Assembly: GCA_045631185.1 (NCBI GenBank)
Contig: JAZQUH010000026.1
Coordinates: forward strand, 12,624 to 76,623
Origin: Alphaproteobacteria bacterium
Lineage (GTDB): Bacteria > Pseudomonadota > Alphaproteobacteria > CAAHEQ01 > UBA3637
Direction: 5' to 3'
DNA: 64,000 nucleotides
In this document: positions 36,721-45,348 of the stretch, piece by piece
How the letters are laid out: every line of letters starts with the position of its first letter
Position numbering within the stretch: position 1 is the stretch's first letter
Notes under the pieces: generated by a model
What the model saw: the letters and a program-made list of their open reading frames with translations, nothing else
The model's database searches: none
Told to the model about the DNA's origin: nothing
Position numbers and translations under genes: made by a program

Positions 36721-39366
36721 ATGCGCAAAACAGAATCGGGACGCTCTATTTTAGAAACGACACTGGTGATTGCTATCATTGTACTGTTAGTTGCAGGGAC
36801 TGTCACTGTATGGAATGTTTTTAAAGAGAAAAATCAAGTTCGTTCTTTGGAGGAACGATTGGTTGCCTTACGTTCAGAACGTCAAACCAATATTATCCCT
36901 AATTTAAGAAAACGATTAAAGCGGACAGAAGATGGGCCTTTTGAAACTCAAATCGAAATGGAAAATGGCATTGGCGATGTCAATAATGATTATTTTTGGA
37001 TTGTTGTAACAACACCTACTGTATCGCTTTGTAACGCATTAGAATCTGTGGATTCTGGAACGTTAAAATCTTCCAAAATCGAAAATTCATGCGCCGAAGA
37101 AAAAGCCATCACTTTTTATTTTAAAAAATTTGATAAAGCAGTCGGCGAACCTGATAAAACAAAACAACCAACAGATTGTCCTCTAAACGCTGTTTGTAAT
37201 GAATATTTAGAGGTCGTCAGTTGTAAAGATGGTTATTACCTATACCAAGGTGAATGTCTTCAATGTCCTGAAAACTATTCTATATGCAGCGGTATTAATT
37301 TCAGTTGTGGTGAAGGAAAATATCACGATAAAGCCTCTAATTCTTGTTTAGCGTGTAATAACAATGCAATTAAATGTGATGAATCAGGAAATCCATTAGA
37401 ATGTGGAAATGATTATTTTATGAAAAGAGATACTCAGGAATGTGTTCGTTGTCCTGAAATCGGTTTACAATTATGTGATACTTATACTTTTATATGCGAA
37501 GATGGTTACTTTAAATCTGGCGATATTTGTGATTACTGTGGAGATGGAATAAGCAAATGTGATATAGATGGTTCACCATTAGAATGCAAAGAAAACTATT
37601 ATATCATTACAGCAAATGGAGTAACAACATGTGAACAATGCCCAACGGTTGGTGTGTCACAATGTGATACCGATGGTTTTATATGTCAGGAAGGTTTTTA
37701 TAAAAAAAATAATTCTTGTATATCCTGTGGTACGGGAACAGAATCTTGCGACATAAATGGTGCTCCCCTAAAATGTAAAGATGGCTATTATCTTAAAACA
37801 GTAAACAACACTAAGCAATGCAATCAATGTCCAACAGAGGGCGTTGACAGTTGCACAACAAATGATTTTTCGTGTAAAATTGGTTATATAAAAGATAGCA
37901 ACAATGGTTCGTGTAACTGTAAAACAAATGGTCAACTTGGTAATGAATGTAGTGAACTTTGTTCAAATTCTTGTGCTGTTGGTTTTTGTAGCAATAATAA
38001 GTGTGTCCAAGAAACATGTCGTAAAACAGGCGATATAAACACCAATATTCTAATTACTTGTGATGCGGGACAAGTCTGTTTAGAAAACGGTTCTTGCGCA
38101 AGTGCTTGTCCATCTGGATATAATTCAGATGGTTATTGCTGTCCAGAAGGACAAAAATGGGATTCTGAAAATAAAATTTGTACTAATTGTCTGCAGGGTG
38201 CCGCATGTGGTTGCCCCCAAGATACACCTATTTCCGATGGTAATGGAAACTGTATTGCAAATTGTCCAGAAAACAGCTCTCGCACTGTTATAGAAGGCAA
38301 ACAAATCGGTACAACAGGATGCTATTGTAAAGAAGGATATCAAGTTCATGAAGATGGCTGTCTTTCTGTATGCCTGGGCGGTGCAGAATACACCACAGTA
38401 GAAAATGCAAAAGGAGAAGCCACTAACCTTGAAAATTGCTATTGTCCAGAAAACAAACCCTATTGGAATTTGGGAAGCGAAGAATGTACAGAAACTCAAG
38501 TGACAGATTGTACCGGCACTTTAACGGATGACGGAGCTTGTTGTCCCACTTACCGTGTTTATCAATCCGGGGAAGAAAATCTTTGTTGTAATTTAACATG
38601 CGAAAGCAACAGTCAAGTATTAGATATACAAACTTGTTCTTGTTTAGGATGTACAGGGGAAGGTTGTTGTCCAACAGGCAGTATTTTGTGTAATTTACAA
38701 TGTTGTGATATTGGTGCTGCATGCAACACAACCTCTCACCAATGTTGTGAAATTGGGGAAGTAGTCCTTAACGGTTTTTGTTGTCCTTTTGGCACAACCG
38801 CTGCCACATCAAATGGATGTTGTGAACCGGGGCAAAAGGTTATCAATAATCTTTGTTGTGATGTGGATGATTTAGATACCACGACTGTTAATCCTGAACG
38901 CACGGCATATACATGTTGTGACGGGGTTACTTTTGATTGGACAGGATATATAAATTGGATATCTTCTTATAGAGAAACATATAAGATTTGTTGCTCTGAA
39001 GGTAGTGGTGGTTATGCATATAATGATAAAAAATGCTGTGGCGAGGGAGAAACCGTTGTTGATGGACATTGTTGCCCGGCCGGCAGTACTCACTATGCCC
39101 CTGATGCTGATGGAAAATATATTTGCTGCAGTGATGATTTATATTCTGACTATGAAAAGAAATGCACCGATGGTGTTGAACGTTGGGTGGTCATCAGCGA
39201 ATGTTCCAAATTAAAAATCAGCTGCCCAAGAACTTCTAAACGTGCCTGCGGTTTGGATTGTTGTGAAGGCGATGAAAATTACTGTAATTTGGATGTTGAT
39301 ACAGGACTTTATTATTGCTGTAAAGACAGACATGAAGAAATAACTCAATGCGAAAGTAATTTATAA
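36721..39366 (+). CDS. prepilin-leader cysteine-repeat modular protein, subfamily A, member A3 (881 aa)
   Basis: MRKTESG|RSILETTLVIAIIVLLVAG. N-terminal module collinear with A1/A2 (ENGIGDVNNDYFWIVVTT). CxxC / GYY modules, then a CC-doublet-rich C-terminal third. Confidence 0.8.
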   Translation: MRKTESGRSILETTLVIAIIVLLVAGTVTVWNVFKEKNQVRSLEERLVALRSERQTNIIPNLRKRLKRTEDGPFETQIEMENGIGDVNNDYFWIVVTTPTVSLCNALESVDSGTLKSSKIENSCAEEKAITFYFKKFDKAVGEPDKTKQPTDCPLNAVCNEYLEVVSCKDGYYLYQGECLQCPENYSICSGINFSCGEGKYHDKASNSCLACNNNAIKCDESGNPLECGNDYFMKRDTQECVRCPEIGLQLCDTYTFICEDGYFKSGDICDYCGDGISKCDIDGSPLECKENYYIITANGVTTCEQCPTVGVSQCDTDGFICQEGFYKKNNSCISCGTGTESCDINGAPLKCKDGYYLKTVNNTKQCNQCPTEGVDSCTTNDFSCKIGYIKDSNNGSCNCKTNGQLGNECSELCSNSCAVGFCSNNKCVQETCRKTGDINTNILITCDAGQVCLENGSCASACPSGYNSDGYCCPEGQKWDSENKICTNCLQGAACGCPQDTPISDGNGNCIANCPENSSRTVIEGKQIGTTGCYCKEGYQVHEDGCLSVCLGGAEYTTVENAKGEATNLENCYCPENKPYWNLGSEECTETQVTDCTGTLTDDGACCPTYRVYQSGEENLCCNLTCESNSQVLDIQTCSCLGCTGEGCCPTGSILCNLQCCDIGAACNTTSHQCCEIGEVVLNGFCCPFGTTAATSNGCCEPGQKVINNLCCDVDDLDTTTVNPERTAYTCCDGVTFDWTGYINWISSYRETYKICCSEGSGGYAYNDKKCCGEGETVVDGHCCPAGSTHYAPDADGKYICCSDDLYSDYEKKCTDGVERWVVISECSKLKISCPRTSKRACGLDCCEGDENYCNLDVDTGLYYCCKDRHEEITQCESNL

Positions 39367-39403
39367 TTTTATACAGCTGAAAGAATATAATGTATTGAAA
39401 ATA

Positions 39404-39435
39404 CCTATATCTGGTACTTATGTGCCAGATATAGG
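39404..39435. promoter_or_regulatory. perfect 11 bp inverted repeat abutting the Shine-Dalgarno of the RND adaptor gene
   Basis: CCTATATCTGG (39404-39414), 10 nt, CCAGATATAGG (39425-39435). GGGGGG Shine-Dalgarno at 39434-39439, GTG start at 39445. Confidence 0.5.
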
Positions 39436-39444
39436 GGGGAATGC

Positions 39445-40527
39445 GTGAAAAAATATCTTTTAATTATCATTTTTGTTTTGTGTTTGGGCGGGATTGCTTT
39501 TTATTTATGGCATCAAACAAAGCCAAAAAAAATTGCCGATAAAAGCGAAAAAATCGTTTTGCCTGTTCATACATTAAAAAATCAATCTTTTACCTATACG
39601 GAAAGTTATATCGGTTCGGTTCAGGCCATTCAATCGGTCAATATCGTTCCTTATTTATCAGGGTTTTTGGATCAGGTTTTGGTCAAATCCGGCCAAGAAG
39701 TGATACAAGGCGAAACCCTGTTTATGTTGGATCAACGTATTCCAACGGCCGATTTGAATCAAGCCAAAGAAGCCGTTCAACAGGCCAAAGCCACACGCAC
39801 CAATGCGCTAAACTTTTATGAAAGGATGAAAAACACTCAGGAACAAGCCATATCACCCACCGAATTGGAACAGGCCCAAACAAAATTTCAAGAAGCCGAT
39901 GCGGCCTATCAAAAAGCAATTGCCGCCCAAAATCAAGCACAAACATTATATGATTACAGTGTCATTTTGGCGCCCATCAGTGGTTGGGTGGGCAACATTA
40001 CCGCCACCATCGGTGAATACTTATCCCCCAATGGGAAAGTTTTGGCGACCATTATTGCCTTTTCCCCCATTCGCCTGACCTTTTCTTTACCCTTGGCCAA
40101 CTATCCGCCCAAAATGCCGTTAAATCAAGCCACATTAGAGATTGTTTTGGAAAATGGTAAAAGTGTCTATTTTGAAAACTTTAATCTTTTACAGGATAAT
40201 CAGGCCGACAAGACAACCGATTCCATTTCAATGTTTGTGGATGTTGATAATGAAAATCGCCAGTTTGTCCCCGGTGCCTATATTGAAGTACGGTTTTTAT
40301 TCAAACAAACAGGAATTTTGGCGAATAAAGATTGGATTATGCTAACACCAAACGGGGCCGAAGCCTATGTTTTAAATCATCAGATTATTGAAAAAAGAAG
40401 TGTTCAAATTATTGGTGCCATTCAAAATCAATACTGGATAACCGGTTTAAACGAAGGCGATAAAATCATTACCGTTACCGTTTCACCCTATCAAATCGGG
40501 CAAAAGGCCGAAGGAGTTGAACAATGA
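39445..40527 (+). CDS. RND efflux periplasmic adaptor (membrane fusion protein)
   Basis: N-terminal anchor, lipoyl / alpha-hairpin pattern (ETLFMLDQR...VILAPISGWVGN). 4-nt overlap with the RND gene. Confidence 0.85.
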   Translation: MKKYLLIIIFVLCLGGIAFYLWHQTKPKKIADKSEKIVLPVHTLKNQSFTYTESYIGSVQAIQSVNIVPYLSGFLDQVLVKSGQEVIQGETLFMLDQRIPTADLNQAKEAVQQAKATRTNALNFYERMKNTQEQAISPTELEQAQTKFQEADAAYQKAIAAQNQAQTLYDYSVILAPISGWVGNITATIGEYLSPNGKVLATIIAFSPIRLTFSLPLANYPPKMPLNQATLEIVLENGKSVYFENFNLLQDNQADKTTDSISMFVDVDNENRQFVPGAYIEVRFLFKQTGILANKDWIMLTPNGAEAYVLNHQIIEKRSVQIIGAIQNQYWITGLNEGDKIITVTVSPYQIGQKAEGVEQ

Positions 40528-43500
40528 ACTTCTCATCCTTTTTCATCTCACGTCCACGCTTTGCCGGCGTTATTGCTTTGGTTATGATATTGGCGGGCAC
40601 CATTGCGGCTTTCGTTTTGCCTATTTCGCAATACCCCAATATCACGCCACCGCAAATCGTAATATCGGCCAATTATCCCGGTGCCAATGCATCCGTTTTG
40701 GCCGATACCGTTGCTACACCGATAGAAAATCAAATCAATGGTGTGGAAGGAATGTTATATATGTCGTCCACCACAACCGATACAGGGCAATATAGTTTGA
40801 CTGTTACTTTTGATGTGGGAACGGATCCGGATATTGCCCAAGTCAAAGTGGAAAACAGATTGGATAAAGCCAAACCTTTTTTGCCCGAAATTGTGGTTCA
40901 GGAAGGTTTAGATGTTGTGCAACAATCGGCCAACATTTTGGCCTTTATTACTTTAAGTTCCCCCAACGCAACTTATACACCGCTTTATTTAAGCAACTTT
41001 GCCTTTACACAAATACAAAATCCGTTTAAACGTATTGCCGGCATGGGGGATGTCAATATCTATGGTCCACAACACAGTATCCGTATTTGGTTGGATGTCA
41101 AAAAAATGAATAGCCTGCAATTGACATCCGATATGGTTATTCAGGCGATTGAATCCCAAAATCAGGTGGCCAGTGTGGGATCATTATCATCGTCCCCTGC
41201 CCCTGAAGGAACAAATCAGGTGCTTTCTTTAACCAGTAAAGGGCTGTTAAAAGACGTGGCCGATTTTGAACAAATTGTCATTCGGGCCAATTTAAACGGT
41301 GGTTTGGTACGATTAAAAGATATTGCCCGTATTGAATTGGGGGCCGACAATTATCAAATCAGCGCCAGCTATAATAACCAACCGTCCGTTGTGATGAGTT
41401 TGACACAATTGCCCAATTCCAATTCTTTGCAAATCATGAAAGATTTAAAAAAAGAAATGGCCCAATTAAAAAAGAGTTTTCCCAAAGATATGGAATTTGA
41501 AATTGTCTATGATTCCACCACCTATGTTCGGGCCAGTATTCAGGCGATTTTAATGACCCTGTTTTTAACCTTTTTATTGGTGATGGCGGTTGTTTATGTT
41601 TTTTTGCAGGATATCAAAGCCACATTGATTCCCATGATTACCATTCCTGTTTCTTTAATTGCTACTTTTATGGTGATTTACGCATTGGATTTTGATATCA
41701 ATATCTTAACTTTATTTGCCATGATTTTAGCCATCGGTTTGGTGGTGGATGATGCCATCGTTGTGGTGGAACGGGTGCAATATTTGATTCAATACAAAAA
41801 TATGTCAGCCTTACAGGCATCACATCAGGCCATGAAAGACATCACTTCTTCTGTGATTGCCACTACTTTGGTTTTAATGGCTATTTTTATTCCGGTGGGT
41901 TTAATGGCCGGCATGACAGGAAAAATATATCAACAATTTGCTGTCACTTTATCAACGGCTGTTTTCTTTTCTTCGGTCAATGCATTGACATTAAGTCCCG
42001 CCCTGTGTGCCATCTTTTTAAAAAATCCGTCAAATAAAAAATTCAAATGGAAAGTATGGTTTGATAATCTGTTAAACAAAGCAGAAAGCATATATGTGAA
42101 ATGTGTGCGTTTTTTATGCGATCACCTGAAAACCAGTTTGATAATTACTTTTTCCGTGATTGTTTTAATTGTCAGTTTATTTATTCGGGTTCCTCAGGAA
42201 TTTATCCCCCAAGAAGATCAGGGTATCATTTTGGCCAGTATTCAATTACCATCCACCGCCAGCATCAATCAAACACAAAACTTATTAAAACAAATGTCCG
42301 ATCAAGCACGCAAAATGAAAGGCATTCAATCTTTCATCAGTATTGCCGGCCACAGCATGTTATCGGCCAGCGGTGAAAATATCGCCATGGCGGCCATCGT
42401 TTTAACACCTTGGGATGAACGGGATAAATCAGGGCTTTCCATGGAAAAGATTTTAAATGAATTGAATCAAAAATTTGCCTCATCCCATCAGGCTCAAATA
42501 AACTTTTTTGCCATGCCCTCCATCCCCGGTGTCGGTAATGCCGATGGTATCAGCTTTCAAATCAATGCATTGGACCAAAATACCACACCTGATGAATTGG
42601 AAAAAGCCTTAACAAAAGTTTTGAACTTTATCAATGAAAACAAACTTTTTGCTTTTGGCTTTTCGCCATTTACGGCCGATACGCCACATGTTTATTTGGA
42701 TATCAATCGAACAAAATTATCCGCCTATCAGGTTTCCTTGGCTGATTTATTTTCTGTTTTGCAAAATAATTTAGGTTCACGATACGTCAACAACATCACC
42801 TTGGACGGACAAATCAACAAAGTCATTGTTCAGGCCGATTTTAACGCCCGACAAGACATTTCGGATATTGAAAAACTTTATGTGCCGAATGCATCGGGCC
42901 AATTGATTCAAATCCAAAACTTTTTAAGCGAAAAAATTGTTTTAATGCCCAAAATCATTTACCGTTTTAATCAATACCCCAGTGCCGGCATCACCGCCCA
43001 AACAGCGACTCATGTCAGTTCGGGAACCGCCATAAAATCATTACAGGATTTTGAAAAAAGTTTAGGCAATAAATTTTCCTTTGCCTGGACGGGACTCACC
43101 TTACAGGAAGTTGAAACTGCCGGATTGGCTTTGATTTTAATTACATTGGCACTGATTTTTTCTTATTTATTTTTGGTGGCGTTATATGAAAGTTGGTGGA
43201 TTGCCTTTGCGGTTATTTTAACCAATATCTTTGCCATAGCGGGGGCGCTTATCGGGCTTGAAATTTGGGGATTGTCATTCAGTATTTATGCCCAACTGGG
43301 GATTGTAATGCTGATAGGATTGGCCAGCAAAAACGCCATTTTAATCGTCCAATTTACCACCACTTACCAACGATCGGGCATGGATACGATTCAGGCCGCC
43401 GTTAAAGGTTCTGGCGAACGATTTCGGGCGGTTTTGATGACGGCTTTAACCTTTATATTGGGAACCTTTCCGATGGTGGTTGCCTCAGGTGCCGGTGCCG

Positions 43501-45026
43501 CCAGCCAACGTTCCATCGGAACCACCGTTTTTTGTGGAATGATTATGGCCACATTGGTGGGAATTTTATTTGTGCCGGTTTACTTTGCAGTCTTTGATAA
43601 AATATCATTAAAATTTACCCCAAAAAAGCAAATCCAAAAAATTGCCACTGTTTTATTATTGGGCGTATTTTTAACATCCTGTATGGTGGGCCCCGATTAT
43701 GAACGGCCTGAGTTTTTTACCAATTCTGAAATTGAACAGGCTTTAAATATATCGGGCGAAAAAGTCCCCGAATTTTCACCCAAAGATTTTAAAGATAAAA
43801 CGTTGGATACTTTAATTGAAAAAGCCCACCAAAACAGCCCGACATTAAAAACAGCCCTGTGGCGATTACATCAATCACGGGCATCCTTAAATATTGCGGG
43901 GGCCGATTTATTGCCCACATTGGATGCATCGGGACAATATAACTTTGTCAAAGATAGCAAAAATATGGGCTTGATTTTACAGGACAGTTATTATCGGGTT
44001 GGTCTGGACGTTGCCTGGGAATTGGATTTATTCGGTGGTAAACGCCGGCGTTTACAGGCCGAACGGGCCAATTTGAAATCAGCCCTTTATGCCGTGCAAA
44101 ATACCATGCTTTCTTTAACGGCCGAAGTTGCACGCCTTTATATTCAATCCCGCACGGTTGAAGAATTGATTCGTCAAACCAAAGAAAATATCCGATTGCA
44201 AAGTGAAATGACCGAATTGGTAAGGGATAAACAAAAAACAGGGTTGGCCAGTGAACTTTCTTTGCAACAGGCCCTTTATTTATTAAAAAATACTTCTGCC
44301 ACTTTGGCCGATTTGGAATATCAACAAACCGAAACAAACAACGCTTTGGCTTTGGCGTTGGGGGAATTGCCGGGGACAGTGGAAAAAATTATTAAAAAGG
44401 ATAAAAATTCCCTTATCACCCGTCCGTTTGATTATGACTTGGATAAAATAACGACTATCCCCAGCACGGTTTTACAAAATCGGCCGGATGTGAAAGGGGC
44501 CGAAGAAAATCTAATCGCCCAAAATGAATTGGTGGGTGTGGCCGTGGCCGATATGTTCCCCAAAATCAGCTTATCGGCTTTGTTCGGTTTTGAATCGTTG
44601 GAATGGAATAAGTTGTGGCGAAATGACAGCTTGGCGCATACCATCACACCAAACATTACTACGCCGATTTTTCATTTTGATGCTTTGCGGCAAAATGTTA
44701 AAATTCAAAAGGCGATTAAAGAAGAACAAATATTGGCCTATCAACAAACATTATTACAGGCCGCCGGTGAAATCAAAAACGCAATGGTGGCATTGATTCA
44801 AGAACGCAAACGGTATCAGGATTTACGGGAAACCTATCAACACGCCGATAATGTGGCCCAGTTGATGCAAAGCAAATATAAAAACGGTTTGATTGAATAT
44901 ACGGATGTTTTACAGGCCGAACAAAACCGTTTGCAATCCCAAATGCAAATGATTAAATCATCGGGCGCCCTTTATACCGATTTAATCCGCTTTTACAAAG
45001 CCATCGGTGGGAATGAAGCCAAATAA
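40524..45026 (+). CDS. RND (AcrB/HAE1-type) inner-membrane pump fused in frame to a NodT-type outer-membrane-factor lipoprotein (1500 aa)
   Basis: Residues 1 to about 1030 are AcrB-like (MNFSSFFISRPRFAGVIALVMILAG...). At about 1033-1053, KKQIQKIATVLLLGVFLTSC is a lipoprotein signal with lipobox LTSC, followed by MVGPDYERPEF and a full OMF. No stop and no ATG/GTG with SD between the two parts. Confidence 0.8.
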   Translation: MNFSSFFISRPRFAGVIALVMILAGTIAAFVLPISQYPNITPPQIVISANYPGANASVLADTVATPIENQINGVEGMLYMSSTTTDTGQYSLTVTFDVGTDPDIAQVKVENRLDKAKPFLPEIVVQEGLDVVQQSANILAFITLSSPNATYTPLYLSNFAFTQIQNPFKRIAGMGDVNIYGPQHSIRIWLDVKKMNSLQLTSDMVIQAIESQNQVASVGSLSSSPAPEGTNQVLSLTSKGLLKDVADFEQIVIRANLNGGLVRLKDIARIELGADNYQISASYNNQPSVVMSLTQLPNSNSLQIMKDLKKEMAQLKKSFPKDMEFEIVYDSTTYVRASIQAILMTLFLTFLLVMAVVYVFLQDIKATLIPMITIPVSLIATFMVIYALDFDINILTLFAMILAIGLVVDDAIVVVERVQYLIQYKNMSALQASHQAMKDITSSVIATTLVLMAIFIPVGLMAGMTGKIYQQFAVTLSTAVFFSSVNALTLSPALCAIFLKNPSNKKFKWKVWFDNLLNKAESIYVKCVRFLCDHLKTSLIITFSVIVLIVSLFIRVPQEFIPQEDQGIILASIQLPSTASINQTQNLLKQMSDQARKMKGIQSFISIAGHSMLSASGENIAMAAIVLTPWDERDKSGLSMEKILNELNQKFASSHQAQINFFAMPSIPGVGNADGISFQINALDQNTTPDELEKALTKVLNFINENKLFAFGFSPFTADTPHVYLDINRTKLSAYQVSLADLFSVLQNNLGSRYVNNITLDGQINKVIVQADFNARQDISDIEKLYVPNASGQLIQIQNFLSEKIVLMPKIIYRFNQYPSAGITAQTATHVSSGTAIKSLQDFEKSLGNKFSFAWTGLTLQEVETAGLALILITLALIFSYLFLVALYESWWIAFAVILTNIFAIAGALIGLEIWGLSFSIYAQLGIVMLIGLASKNAILIVQFTTTYQRSGMDTIQAAVKGSGERFRAVLMTALTFILGTFPMVVASGAGAASQRSIGTTVFCGMIMATLVGILFVPVYFAVFDKISLKFTPKKQIQKIATVLLLGVFLTSCMVGPDYERPEFFTNSEIEQALNISGEKVPEFSPKDFKDKTLDTLIEKAHQNSPTLKTALWRLHQSRASLNIAGADLLPTLDASGQYNFVKDSKNMGLILQDSYYRVGLDVAWELDLFGGKRRRLQAERANLKSALYAVQNTMLSLTAEVARLYIQSRTVEELIRQTKENIRLQSEMTELVRDKQKTGLASELSLQQALYLLKNTSATLADLEYQQTETNNALALALGELPGTVEKIIKKDKNSLITRPFDYDLDKITTIPSTVLQNRPDVKGAEENLIAQNELVGVAVADMFPKISLSALFGFESLEWNKLWRNDSLAHTITPNITTPIFHFDALRQNVKIQKAIKEEQILAYQQTLLQAAGEIKNAMVALIQERKRYQDLRETYQHADNVAQLMQSKYKNGLIEYTDVLQAEQNRLQSQMQMIKSSGALYTDLIRFYKAIGGNEAK

Positions 45027-45028
45027 GA

Positions 45029-45334
45029 TTATTGTTTCAAATCGTTTTCTTTTAACAACAATTCTCTTTGTTCATATAAATTTTCCAATTGTTCTTCCAT
45101 ACGTTCAATTCGAACGGAATAAACCTTAAGTCTTGAACGATTACCCTTTTCTTCTCCAGCTCTTTTCCCTTCCGTTTTGGCATTTTTTAATTGCGTTTCG
45201 TTTAATCTTTCTAATCTCGTTTCAAGTGATTGGATTTTTTCTTCCAAAACTTGCAATTTCGTTTTTTCTTGTGCATATGCCATATTCGTCACCAAGCACA
45301 AAGAACAAATAAATGTAAAGATTGTTTTTTTCAT
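45029..45334 (-). CDS. small secreted coiled-coil protein (101 aa)
   Basis: Signal peptide MKKTIFTFICSLCLVTNMAYA, then heptad-like E/K/L-rich sequence. An AAGGAG Shine-Dalgarno lies directly after the B2 stop. Confidence 0.6.
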   Translation of the reverse strand: MKKTIFTFICSLCLVTNMAYAQEKTKLQVLEEKIQSLETRLERLNETQLKNAKTEGKRAGEEKGNRSRLKVYSVRIERMEEQLENLYEQRELLLKENDLKQ

Positions 45335-45348
45335 ATTAGACTCCTTTT

